IMG/VR virus record: IMGVR_UViG_3300035520_000885
Coordinates: 32,001 to 96,000 of that record
Origin: a virus
Lineage: Duplodnaviria > Caudoviricetes
Reading direction: 5' to 3' (one strand)
Length of the DNA: 64,000 bases
Part shown: piece by piece, positions 18,316 to 27,845 of the stretch
How positions within the stretch are numbered: the first letter of the stretch is position 1
Layout: every line of letters starts with the position of its first letter
Position numbers and translations under genes: made by a program
Notes under the pieces: model-generated
Seen by the model: the letters and a program-made list of their open reading frames with translations, nothing else
Database searches by the model: none
Told to the model about the DNA's origin: nothing

Positions 18316-20916
18316 TCATTTTACCATGATTCTGATATAGTTGGCTAGCCTATTATCTGCATCCGTATTATTTTTTGTATCAATAATATCTACTGGGTAC
18401 ATATTAAACATGTTATTGTGACTGATGACGAAGATTTGTTCTCCGTCTATCATATTCATCTGTTTCTCGAGTATCTGTAAGAACTTCTCTCGATTAGATG
18501 TATCCAAAGTAGAATCAATCTCATCTAACAACATGATGTTGTACTTGGAGATGGATTGATATATGAGGGCAAAAGAAAATGCTAAGGATATAAAACTTCT
18601 TTCTCCCTGGGATGCATAACAGACATCTCCAATTTCTGTTCCTTTCGTAGTATAAGGAATCTTGAACTCATCAGCAGTGATATTGAAATTCTCTATATAG
18701 AGTTCATCATCATAGACAATTTCCAGCAACTCATTTGTGATTTCCTGGATACTTTTTAGATATATCTGAATATAGAGAAGAGGAATTCCTTCCTTAGCAG
18801 ATAAAGCATTCTTGACAAGTTCCATCTCATCATATTTTGTATTATATGCTGAGAGGTCTTCATTAAACGATAAGTAAGACTTGATTCTATACTCAGTATC
18901 ATTAAACTCTTTCAACGCTTTTTCATACTCATATTTCAATCGGTCGTACTGCTGGAGGAGGTCTTTCTTTTTTCGAAAAAAATCGGTTAATTCATCATAA
19001 CTATCCTGGAGTTTCTCTACCTCCAGAACAAGTTTTTCTCTAGATTCTAATGCTTCAATAAATTCCTTATGGAATTCAATATCTTCAATGGTATCCTTTC
19101 TATCGGATTCCAGAGTCTCTATCTCTTCGTTGATCTTTGTGAGAGAATCGGCAGTTTTCTCTAATTCATCAGAGATATCTCCAATCTTATTAGAAAGATA
19201 CTCAGAATTTCCAATAGATAGTTTCGTAAGTTTCAACTTCTCTTTCAGTCTATCCAATTCTGCTAAATCCGTTTGCTGCAAATCATATTCTGTGGCAATC
19301 GTTAATAGAGAATAGATAGCTTGCTTATTGTAGATGGGTTTCATATCCACAATATTATCCATGAAAGTCTGAAGAATGAAATCTTTCTGAATATCTGTGG
19401 GAAGCTTCTCTAAAGTAGATTTGCAATCTCTCAGATTCTTCAGAAGCCCCATGATAGTCTGATGAGACATTTTCACATAGGTGACGAATGCTTCATCCTC
19501 AATGACGACATCCGGTTCCTCTGTGACCAAATCAAATAGAGTATTATAGAAATCCTTGATATCACAAGCATCAGTGCATTTTGTTTTAACAGGCCCGATT
19601 TTCTTAAGGATATACTGATACACAACTTCGGCAGCATTCTGAAATTTGCTTTTTTCAGACTTCTGCTTATTACTGGTCACATACTCAGAAATATCCGTAT
19701 TGCTCAGAATATAACTAGCAGCTTTCTTGATGGGTTCTTTTCCAAATTCATACATGGTAAGAACCATCTCAGAGCACTTATCCAGCATGACGATTAAGTC
19801 TTCCAATTCTTCCTTGGATACTTTGTTATCATACTTAGATAAAGAGCACTCTGTATCACGCTTCTGAATCTTTGCACGAAGCTCAGAAATCATATATTCA
19901 AGATTCTTAACGTCAGCAGATTCAGCTATCTTGTCAAGTTCATCTTTAATCTCATTAGAATCACAGATGAGCTTATCGTATACATCAAGAAGTTCTTTTC
20001 TTTTCTCTCTACTATGAGCGATATCAGATTCAATCTGTACTAGATTCTTCTCCAGTTCAGTAGATTCTTCTCTCATTTCTTCCAGAGATTTAGAATCTAG
20101 CTTTCCTTTCTGGACAAGTTTCTCCGCTTTCACACATTCTTTTTTCTTGATATCCAGGTTTTCCTTTACCTCAAGAATAGAATCGTACTTGGAAATCTCA
20201 TACTCAATCACATCAAGTTGACTCTTCATAGAGTCTAGAGCAGACTTCAATGTCTCAATCTGTTTCTGTCTCTCTTTTTGAGATTTCTTAGCCTCATCTA
20301 TGTCTCCAATAGAAAGCTTTGTAATCTTATCTACAGTATGAGAGATGACAGATTTGACTTCTCTCATATCTGCAACGATTTTCTTATAGTATTTCAGATA
20401 GATATCTACTTCATCAAGAATCTTTCCCATGAAGGATTTTCTGTCCGTAGTCTTGAGGTCAATGAAGTTTGTTACATTACTCCCAAGCCTAGTAAGCTTC
20501 AGATAATCCATCTCAATTCCAAGTTCTTCATGGATAATATCCTTGAAGGACTTCACATTTCCATTCACATTCAACTCATTCCCGTTTTTCTCTATATAGG
20601 ATTTTACGGTATGACTGTCCTTAGATGCAGTATAGAAATGCTTGATGACGTATTCGTCTCCATCATCTTCGATACGGATTTCTTTATATCCATCCTCCCC
20701 GCTTACGATAAGAGGATTTTCGCTTCTTACATCCAGATTACCATTTGTAGCAAACGGATGCATACAACTAAGAATACTGGTTTTTCCACTTCCATTTGGC
20801 CCAGTAATCAGTATAATCTTATTTTTACATTTCGTGAGATCAATACTAATCTCATCGCTATGATACGCAGTTTTGATATTTGCGAAGTTTCTTAATAGGA
20901 TATATGTAATTTTCAT
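18316..20916 (-). CDS. sbcC: SbcC/Rad50-like SMC ATPase
   Basis: Walker A GPNGSGKTS, long coiled coil with central CTDAC hook-like motif, signature ASQGE, Walker B LLDEID, H-loop ISH. Confidence 0.88.
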   Translation of the reverse strand: MKITYILLRNFANIKTAYHSDEISIDLTKCKNKIILITGPNGSGKTSILSCMHPFATNGNLDVRSENPLIVSGEDGYKEIRIEDDGDEYVIKHFYTASKDSHTVKSYIEKNGNELNVNGNVKSFKDIIHEELGIEMDYLKLTRLGSNVTNFIDLKTTDRKSFMGKILDEVDIYLKYYKKIVADMREVKSVISHTVDKITKLSIGDIDEAKKSQKERQKQIETLKSALDSMKSQLDVIEYEISKYDSILEVKENLDIKKKECVKAEKLVQKGKLDSKSLEEMREESTELEKNLVQIESDIAHSREKRKELLDVYDKLICDSNEIKDELDKIAESADVKNLEYMISELRAKIQKRDTECSLSKYDNKVSKEELEDLIVMLDKCSEMVLTMYEFGKEPIKKAASYILSNTDISEYVTSNKQKSEKSKFQNAAEVVYQYILKKIGPVKTKCTDACDIKDFYNTLFDLVTEEPDVVIEDEAFVTYVKMSHQTIMGLLKNLRDCKSTLEKLPTDIQKDFILQTFMDNIVDMKPIYNKQAIYSLLTIATEYDLQQTDLAELDRLKEKLKLTKLSIGNSEYLSNKIGDISDELEKTADSLTKINEEIETLESDRKDTIEDIEFHKEFIEALESREKLVLEVEKLQDSYDELTDFFRKKKDLLQQYDRLKYEYEKALKEFNDTEYRIKSYLSFNEDLSAYNTKYDEMELVKNALSAKEGIPLLYIQIYLKSIQEITNELLEIVYDDELYIENFNITADEFKIPYTTKGTEIGDVCYASQGERSFISLAFSFALIYQSISKYNIMLLDEIDSTLDTSNREKFLQILEKQMNMIDGEQIFVISHNNMFNMYPVDIIDTKNNTDADNRLANYIRIMVK

Positions 20917-20992
20917 TCAAATACCTACTTTCTTCTCATATAAGAAACGGTCATCTGAAATATGAAAAAGGTGAGTTTGAATAATTTTCTAC

Positions 20993-21004
20993 AACATAAG
21001 TTTA
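20993..21004 (+). promoter_or_regulatory. Late-type promoter driving a non-coding unit
   Basis: AACA-TAAGTT-TA with no plus-strand ORF downstream. Confidence 0.6.
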
Positions 21005-21290
21005 ATCATTCATCTATGATTTCCCAGGTGGGAGCACTATGTTTATGCTATCAGCATGCCTGTCATGCATAAACTGAGCAGGCTTCTTCGGTGTTGTAGA
21101 GCTTTTTTGCATTTGTTTCCTTCACAGAGATAGATTGCATCTCGTTCACGCGTCTATGGATAACTCCTCCTATATGATATGTTTGGGTGCACGTTACAAT
21201 TTCTGCGGGGCATGCTGATCCGCTAGGGTAGCGGGGCCCTGGCAACCTGCTCAGTTTGACAGGAATCGCATCGAAAGATGCGTGTTAAAT
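21004..21290 (+). ncRNA. Candidate structured non-coding RNA (~285 nt), family not recognised
   Basis: Long perfect helices (21071-21082/21246-21257; 21050-21060/21209-21219), GU-rich inner rod, GAAA tetraloop hairpin, own promoter and terminator. Confidence 0.65.
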
Positions 21291-21291
21291 A

Positions 21292-21327
21292 AAGAAGTGG
21301 ATACAGTTGATTCTGTATCCACTTCTT
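21292..21327. terminator. Bidirectional terminator
   Basis: 15-bp inverted repeat AAGAAGTGGATACAG/CTGTATCCACTTCTT. Confidence 0.75.
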
Positions 21328-21337
21328 AAGACCCATT

Positions 21338-22594
21338 TTACTTGAGTTTGTAAATATCCTTAACGAGATTATTGACGTAATCGACATTAATCATGATAAG
21401 GATTTTATAAGTGTAGTACACATCACAATTGTGGAACTGCAATGTGTAATCATCAAAGTTGATGGTATAGTCCTTCCCATATTCAAGAAGTTTTCCTTGT
21501 TTCCTTACTCTAATTCTAAAGAAGTCCATCAAGGTGATTCCTCTATCTGTATGGAATTTGATTGCAGCTTTGATGCTATTACTCAGTAAGCTATCAATAG
21601 ATACTGAGTCATTTTTTGTCTCCAATCTGCAAGATGGAGAAGCATAAAGTTGCCAGCCCATGGGAAGGTCAATATCATCCTTAGTCAATACGTCTGTGAA
21701 GATAGGAATGATATTGGAATCGTTAGAGTTATCAATTGTGATAACCGTTGGATTCACTAAAGCGTCGGAGAACAGATAATAGAAACCAGTAGAGTAGAAC
21801 TCACATCTCACATTGAAAGAAATACTATACCGCTCAGAAATCTGTCCAACCTGAGACCCTTCATCAGGACTAAAGTTCGTGATGATAGTGTCGATATTCA
21901 CAGGATAGTACCGATAGTATTCATCGGAATTTGTGCTACCTTGAAGCTTATAAGTGATAGGGAAAGCAGAGTTAGAGTTCAGGTATTTCAGAAATTCCCT
22001 GTTGCTTCCATTCTCATCATACATAGGAATCCCTACGATTTTAGAAAGTTGCTCAAGGAGTTTCGGGGAAATGTAACTCTCCAGACATGTCTGAAGGAAG
22101 AATGGAATCTCCTGTCTGACGGCATTCCTGAAATAGTTGGCCCAGTTAATCTGCTGAATCATAGTCTGGAAAATCAATACAACATCGAAATTCATGACAT
22201 GTCGATTCATCTGATACTTGATGGCTACCTTTCTTCCTCTGTCCATAAAAAAATCTTGCAGATTCGTTCCTGCATATTTTGAATACAGGTCTCCCTGTCT
22301 TTCAATCAGCATCGTTCCATTTAAGAACTTAGATGTATCCGTCCAGTCGATTTTAGGACGGATGATAAACATAGGAGGAGCTTTCTTCAGAAACTCCTTT
22401 GGTGTACTCCGCATTTGAGAATGTGAAATCTTAGAATTCACATGGATGGTACGGAATAAATCTTTCGGAAATAGATTCAGTAACCAGTTCTGAATGAATG
22501 CCGTCACATTTCCAAATGTATGAGCCGTAGAGCACTGGCACTGTATATAATGTACAGGGTGACCCTCAAAGAATTCTTTTTTAAAATCCTCCAT
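21338..22594 (-). CDS. Hypothetical protein, probably virion structural
   Basis: ATG at 22594 after GAAAGGAG; late-type promoter at 22620-22631. Confidence 0.75.
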   Translation of the reverse strand: MEDFKKEFFEGHPVHYIQCQCSTAHTFGNVTAFIQNWLLNLFPKDLFRTIHVNSKISHSQMRSTPKEFLKKAPPMFIIRPKIDWTDTSKFLNGTMLIERQGDLYSKYAGTNLQDFFMDRGRKVAIKYQMNRHVMNFDVVLIFQTMIQQINWANYFRNAVRQEIPFFLQTCLESYISPKLLEQLSKIVGIPMYDENGSNREFLKYLNSNSAFPITYKLQGSTNSDEYYRYYPVNIDTIITNFSPDEGSQVGQISERYSISFNVRCEFYSTGFYYLFSDALVNPTVITIDNSNDSNIIPIFTDVLTKDDIDLPMGWQLYASPSCRLETKNDSVSIDSLLSNSIKAAIKFHTDRGITLMDFFRIRVRKQGKLLEYGKDYTINFDDYTLQFHNCDVYYTYKILIMINVDYVNNLVKDIYKLK

Positions 22595-22733
22595 GATTTT
22601 CACTCCTTTCTTTATTGCTTAATACAATGTTTTCTAGGCAATTTCTTGATTCCGTTCTATAAGTGAAGCATATATTATAATACTAAGACATAGAAAGATA
22701 TTCGAATAGATTTTCTAAAAGGAGATGATGACT

Positions 22734-22754
22734 ATGTGGATGCGTGGGCCGTAG
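22734..22754 (+). other. Candidate leader micro-ORF MWMRGP-stop, followed by a terminator (22771-22802)
   Basis: AAAAGGAG SD 9 nt upstream; hairpin ATACATACG/CGTATGTAT plus U-tract; TATATTAT motif near 22670. Confidence 0.4.
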
Positions 22755-22842
22755 GTCTCTCCGCACATAAATACATACGGGGTGTACGTATGTATGTTTT
22801 TTGTTTTGGATATGAACAAATACGGGAGAGTTGCAATTTGCT

Positions 22843-23211
22843 ATGAGGGACATCACTTTAAATGACGTACAGCTTGCCATGAATAACGGTGGCAAGAGCG
22901 CAAAATTTCTTTTGGAAGCCCTGACAACTTTGGACGCATGGGATCTGCCTATTATGGCGGGAGAAAAGAGTAATGAAACGGAAAAAATATGTGAAATATC
23001 GACAATGAATTCCCCACTTGTGGATGCAAGTGAGAACTTAAGGCGGGCTCTCGAAATGTTAGTCGAAGATGGGTTTGGAGATGAAGTCGTTTTCTTTACG
23101 GATGAAGACTTGACATTGAGTGAACCAATTCCATTCAAACAGCCGACAGTTCATACGTATAAGACGTATGATGGAAATCATATAATTTCTATGTCTTATT
23201 TGTCCATTTAG
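22843..23211 (+). CDS. Hypothetical protein
   Basis: ORF with GGGAG SD; start could be 22831 or 22843. Confidence 0.6.
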   Translation: MRDITLNDVQLAMNNGGKSAKFLLEALTTLDAWDLPIMAGEKSNETEKICEISTMNSPLVDASENLRRALEMLVEDGFGDEVVFFTDEDLTLSEPIPFKQPTVHTYKTYDGNHIISMSYLSI

Positions 23212-23274
23212 TGTAAGAGAGGGTAAGAAGAACGAGATACCAGCCAGTTGGTATCTCGTTCTTTTTTGTATTGA

Positions 23275-25689
23275 TTAAATCAACATGTCATCCACGTCGA
23301 TTTGTTTAGACGAAATATTAGAGGTGTGGAATTTCTTCATACCCAGTCTCAGAAGAGTAGTAGCAATCTTACTACAACCGAGACCAATATTCTGACGGTC
23401 AGTCATGTAATTCATTTCTCCAGCACAGATATTGCAAATCTTGTCTGTAGTGCAGTACATGGGAGATCTCAAATTTACATGCTTTCCAACGTATCTATCA
23501 ATTACATCAGGGGTGAGAAGTTTGGGCTTCCCACCTTCCATAATATAACGATAGAAATAGGATCTCTTATTTTTTTCAGTGATTAAGATATCCAGAGTCT
23601 TCTTGCATTGGCAATCCGTCCCATGGTCATCAATCACTTCAGTCTGCATAGCAGCCAATAGCTGCTTTGCAAGATATCCTGATTCTTGAGTTCCGCATTA
23701 CTTGTATTCATAATAGGTCGTTACTCTATTATCGCTTTATTCAAGCTGCTCTATATTACTATAGAGAGTAGACTATATCATCACTATACATCCTGTTACC
23801 AGACATATAATGCCATGCGCTTCGATTTAATGGATTTACTATAGACTAATCTCATCTATACACCAACCCAATCACTTGGCTCTACTCTACTTACTTCCTC
23901 ATATAGGTGTTTCTCCTATACTATGCTTTCGATAGTCGTTGAACGTCGATTAGAAATCATAATCTTTTGAGATATCCTTTCTTCTTCTATGAGTACGGAT
24001 ATCCTTAACCAATTCTCGTTTAACCCCAAACAATGCAGCAATCTCTGGGTCTTTATACTTCTTTAACTCAAGCATCTTACAAATCCCATGAATAGTGGAT
24101 AATGGAATGGTATTAGGAATTGAATTTCCAAGCTTCGGAAATTTGTATCTGGATGTAATGTGCTTCCAGCACTCACCAGAACGAATGTGTTGTATCGTCT
24201 TTTTTCCAATACCAAGTTTTTTGGAAATCTCTCCATTATTCATTTTCTTCATAATGCATTCGCAGATTTCAATAGCTTCCTTCTCACTAATTTTAGCAAG
24301 ATGCGCATTCTCTCCACGAATACCATCACAAAGACCTTCTCTCCAGGCGTGCTCTGTATTTTCTTTTCCTGTCACCCACTCAAGATTGAAAGCCGCGTTA
24401 TGATGTTTATTCCCATCTTTATGATTAGGAACTAAATCATCGAAGCGCTTTCCATCTTTTTTATGTCGTTTCGGAATCTCACAGAAGTACATAGCAACTA
24501 ACCTATGAATACTGAATTCTTTCTTCTCACCATTTATCTTCACATACCCTCTATAGTATATGAGATTTTGGCCAGAGAAATCATTTATTGTTTTCTTCTT
24601 GGTATTTTTAAGACGACCATGATTCGATATCTGATACTGAGTTCTACTTCCATCATCATTTAGGATCCATTTCCAAACCTCTTTGTACTGACTAAGCATT
24701 GTATTATAGATAGCGTCAGGTTGCTTTGAATTGAAGATAATTTCAAGGTTAAAAGATGTTTTAGGCATTTTGCAATACACTCCCTAATATAAGATTTAGT
24801 ATAATGTACTGCAAACATTATTTTAATAATTTCTAATCTTTCGCTGCTGATTGTCGACACTTGTCGATGTTCCAGCAATTCACATGGTTTAAAGGCTGCC
24901 ACAACTCAAAACAGCCTTCGGGTAAGCGCCTGATACCACAGCAGTACCGAAACTTGGGATGTCTTCTTTACGAATACCATCCATAAAGGAAGACCTCACG
25001 ATTTCGTACTCACCGCGGTTATTCATGGTAGCACCCTTAAATAAATTCATATTCTTGTAGTTACCGAAGTTACCACGAGCTTCTGAATTATATAGATCCA
25101 TACCAGGATCGCCCTTAAGAATCTCTTTTGCATCTGCAACAAGCTTCTTCTCAATCTTTTCAGAAGTAACAATGTCACCTGCATTGAGTTCTTTATCATA
25201 CTTCTTAAATAGCTCTTCCTTTTCTTTCTGTACAGATGGAGGAGTTTTAATTGTATTCATGGTGAAAGAAGTGGTTATGACAGAATTGAGCTGCATTCCC
25301 AGATTATCACGGTAGTCGATATATCTGAAGAACTGGTCAATCGTCATTTTATCTTCAATCAGTGCTTGTGTAAGTTTTCCTTCCAACTTACCATTTACAC
25401 TCTTCGTAATGGGTTCATTGACATAGCCCAAGACTTTCTGCAAGCCAACTCTTTCTACAATGTACTTATTATAGATGAATCTTCCTACAGTAGTTTCAGT
25501 CTCTTTATCAACGAAGTATTCTTTTGGAGTTAATACCATAGTATCAGTGGTGTTGAATCTACTTTTCTTAGTAGATTTCATATCTGCACCAATCTGAGTA
25601 GTATCTCCAAAGAGTCCAACTAAAGTGGAGAAAGATAAGTCTTCCGGTTTCAGAGAAAGCAAGTACTTCTTTTCAGAATCACTAATCAT
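23275..25689 (-). CDS. RNA polymerase beta' C-terminal subunit (probably virion RNAP); exons 25689-24911 and 23695-23275, 399 aa
   Basis: Splicing gives the bridge helix AYPKAV-GTQESGYLAKQL; Zn-site DC...LRSPMYC...CNICAG; in a late-promoter operon. Confidence 0.88.
23696..24910 (-). mobile_element. Group I intron 3 (1215 nt) with HNH endonuclease
   Basis: P1 AAGGCTGT/GCAGCCTT with U.G; P10 TTGAGTT/AACTCAA; AATCAGCAGC, GTTCAACGACTA and GATATAGTCT core; terminal G at 23696; restores a GTC codon. Confidence 0.9.
23950..24768 (-). CDS. Intron-encoded NUMOD4-HNH homing endonuclease
   Basis: EVWKWI...YQISNHGRLKN (NUMOD4), IHRLVA, PNHKDGNKHHNAAFNLEWVTGKENTEHA; ATG at 24768 after GGGAG. Confidence 0.9.
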   Translation of the reverse strand: MPKTSFNLEIIFNSKQPDAIYNTMLSQYKEVWKWILNDDGSRTQYQISNHGRLKNTKKKTINDFSGQNLIYYRGYVKINGEKKEFSIHRLVAMYFCEIPKRHKKDGKRFDDLVPNHKDGNKHHNAAFNLEWVTGKENTEHAWREGLCDGIRGENAHLAKISEKEAIEICECIMKKMNNGEISKKLGIGKKTIQHIRSGECWKHITSRYKFPKLGNSIPNTIPLSTIHGICKMLELKKYKDPEIAALFGVKRELVKDIRTHRRRKDISKDYDF

Positions 25690-25691
25690 AA

Positions 25692-26420
25692 TTACGCCTC
25701 CTCATCCAATGTCTTCTTCAACATCAGACCTCTCGTAACGAGGTCTGAATTTAACCCCATACCAAGTAGATAAGTATCTACTGTATTAAGAGTCGTTTTG
25801 TTAGAAGGATCGGATTCCATATCATCGAGAGAAACGAATCCCTTATTAGAAATCGCAGTATACATCTGCTGCTTCATAACAGGGTCATCGGCACGGGGAC
25901 CATTCAACTCCTTCAGCACATTCTCCATACCAAGAGAAATCAGCATAGAATTCTCCAGGTCAGATTCACGGCCATTCTTATCTGCACCAGTAACCTGACC
26001 AGTAAGAGAAGCTCGACTATTAATAGAAGTAGAAAGTCCATTCTTCTTCGCTAGAGTCTGTTGCGTTCTCTTCACATGACAATAACCAACAGGAATCGGT
26101 TCCTTAGATACCACAACGTGGTCTTTGTCCATTGTATAGTGCGGGAATGCGACTTTCTCCATGAGAGGAATTTTTAGTACCTTGGCTGCTCTCTCGATAT
26201 CTTCAATTTTCAAATCAATCTCATAATCACAGATATTGAGAGGAAGATATGAGGTTTCGCTCTTAAATAACTGAGAGAAGAATCTGTCAAATTGACTATC
26301 TGTCATGCTATCGAACATGGCTTTGTAATGCTCTGTATTCCTATGGGTAGGATCGAGAGCATCGAAAGTCTTATAGACAAGATCCTCCATTTTTTGCCGT
26401 TTTTGCGGTGTAATCGCCAT
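25692..26420 (-). CDS. RNA polymerase beta extreme C-terminal fragment (probably virion RNAP small subunit)
   Basis: SLTGQVTG...GRESDLE...LKELNGPRADD...MY..I..KG parallels RpoB C-terminus SLxTQQP...GQRFGEME...LQExLTxKSDD; late promoter at 26453-26464. Confidence 0.75.
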   Translation of the reverse strand: MAITPQKRQKMEDLVYKTFDALDPTHRNTEHYKAMFDSMTDSQFDRFFSQLFKSETSYLPLNICDYEIDLKIEDIERAAKVLKIPLMEKVAFPHYTMDKDHVVVSKEPIPVGYCHVKRTQQTLAKKNGLSTSINSRASLTGQVTGADKNGRESDLENSMLISLGMENVLKELNGPRADDPVMKQQMYTAISNKGFVSLDDMESDPSNKTTLNTVDTYLLGMGLNSDLVTRGLMLKKTLDEEA

Positions 26421-26630
26421 AAACAGTGTTCCTCCTTTCTCAGTATAGAACTTAATATTTTGTTTCCTATAGGGATTTCTATGAAATCCGTAAATTGGCT
26501 CAAAAATGGTGATATAATATACGGATAGAAATGAGAGAAATAAAACTACAATACTCTCGTTTCTATGTTCCTGGAAATTCTGGGTTAGCAGGTATCCTTA
26601 AAACAAAAACTGCATATGAAAGGAGTTCAC

Positions 26631-27104
26631 ATGAAAGCCACTTTTACCGAGCTGAAGAACATGGCCGTGAATGGATGCGAGAATGAGTTCTTGAATACAG
26701 ACGGCATCGTCGGAGGCGTCAAGCAGGGCGTCGCCGCCGGCACCGGCATCATTGCTGGATGTGCTGTCTGGAAAGAGACTAAGTTCTCGGATGCCGGCTT
26801 GATCGCAGCCACCGGTGTTGGCGTGGGCACCTATCGTGCCACCTCCATCGGTATCGACCTGGTAGGCAACCTCGCCAAGAACCTGGCTCTTAAAGCCAAG
26901 CTCAATGGGGTTACGCCGAGCGCCGCCTTTGAAGCGGTAAAATCGAAGATTCCCCATAAAGAATCTTCCGAAACGGTTGCCGCTGAGCCCGTGGCCACTG
27001 AGCCGGCCTCGACCTTTGATCCCAATGTGGCTGAAGATGCCACGTTCATCATTAGCGACGACCCGGTACCTGAAACTGACGCCGATGACGGCGACAACAT
27101 CTGA
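26631..27104 (+). CDS. Gly/Ala-rich membrane-hairpin protein with acidic tail
   Basis: GAAAGGAG SD; GxxxG-rich hydrophobic segments; GC-rich codons. Confidence 0.7.
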   Translation: MKATFTELKNMAVNGCENEFLNTDGIVGGVKQGVAAGTGIIAGCAVWKETKFSDAGLIAATGVGVGTYRATSIGIDLVGNLAKNLALKAKLNGVTPSAAFEAVKSKIPHKESSETVAAEPVATEPASTFDPNVAEDATFIISDDPVPETDADDGDNI

Positions 27105-27119
27105 GAGGAGGAGAAAGCC

Positions 27120-27263
27120 ATGTTAATCAGAATGGGAAGCTATCAGAAGAGCGGGGGCTTGAATAAGCTCCTGGGCAGGTCTTCCAAAAAAATTAAGAAA
27201 GCCGCCAATAAGCGGCGTAAGGCTGGTGGATTTGTATTCACCGGCCTGAAGGGAGGTAAGTGA
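27120..27263 (+). CDS. 47-aa cationic peptide (not in the ORF track)
   Basis: GAGGAGGAG SD; MLIRMGSYQKSGGLNKLLGRSSKKIKKAANKRRKAGGFVFTGLKGGK; fills the gap between neighbouring genes. Confidence 0.65.
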   Translation: MLIRMGSYQKSGGLNKLLGRSSKKIKKAANKRRKAGGFVFTGLKGGK

Positions 27264-27264
27264 T

Positions 27265-27522
27265 ATGGGAGTCAAGAAAGGCCTCGTAGGGATCGGCAAT
27301 ATTATCAACGGCACTGCCGTGTTGGCGGCGTCCGGAGCGACCGGCATCGTAACCGCCGCGTACGTCATCGACAATCCGGTGCTCGATGACTTTAACTCCA
27401 ATACCGGATTGGCCATCGGTGCTGGCGCTGTTGCTGGCGCCGGCACCAGTACTATGATTCTCGGAGTTGAGAATCTGGTGTTGAAAGGCATGAAAAAGAT
27501 TAAGGAGGTGGCGGAAGGATGA
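27265..27522 (+). CDS. Gly/Ala-rich small membrane protein
   Basis: GGGAGG SD; two glycine-zipper helices; resembles 26631-27104. Confidence 0.7.
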   Translation: MGVKKGLVGIGNIINGTAVLAASGATGIVTAAYVIDNPVLDDFNSNTGLAIGAGAVAGAGTSTMILGVENLVLKGMKKIKEVAEG

Positions 27523-27845
27523 ACGCCCAAGCCAGTTTCGAAAACGGGATTGCGACCGGTTCCGCTCTTGCGGTTGGCGTTGGTGGAGCCCTAATGTTGG
27601 CCCCTGCAACTGCCTGTCTGGCCGCCGCAGGCATCACGCTAATCGGCGTGAAGACTTTCTGCCGGATGTCCAACGTTACGGCAGAAGTCAGACACCTTCA
27701 GAAGAAGGTGAAGACCAAGAAGATATTAAAAACCGTCGAAGAGCTCACCGGCGAGGCTGAGGCTCAGATGACGGCTGAGAATATGGCCGCGACTGCTGCG
27801 GCTACAATGGGATCCGTGTTACCGAATATTCCGGATCCCGAATGA
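27519..27845 (+). CDS. Gly/Ala-rich membrane protein with basic coiled segment
   Basis: AGGAGG SD, ATGA overlap; hydrophobic N-half. Confidence 0.7.
   Translation: MNAQASFENGIATGSALAVGVGGALMLAPATACLAAAGITLIGVKTFCRMSNVTAEVRHLQKKVKTKKILKTVEELTGEAEAQMTAENMAATAAATMGSVLPNIPDPE

Noticed and set aside
21063-21110. tmRNA-like tag reading on the minus strand (AKKLYNTEEACSVYA-stop after AACAAAT) and the 60-aa ORF 21063-21245
   Set aside because: No tRNA-like domain (no T-arm or acceptor/CCA ends); promoter, GU pairs and the GAAA loop favour a plus-strand RNA
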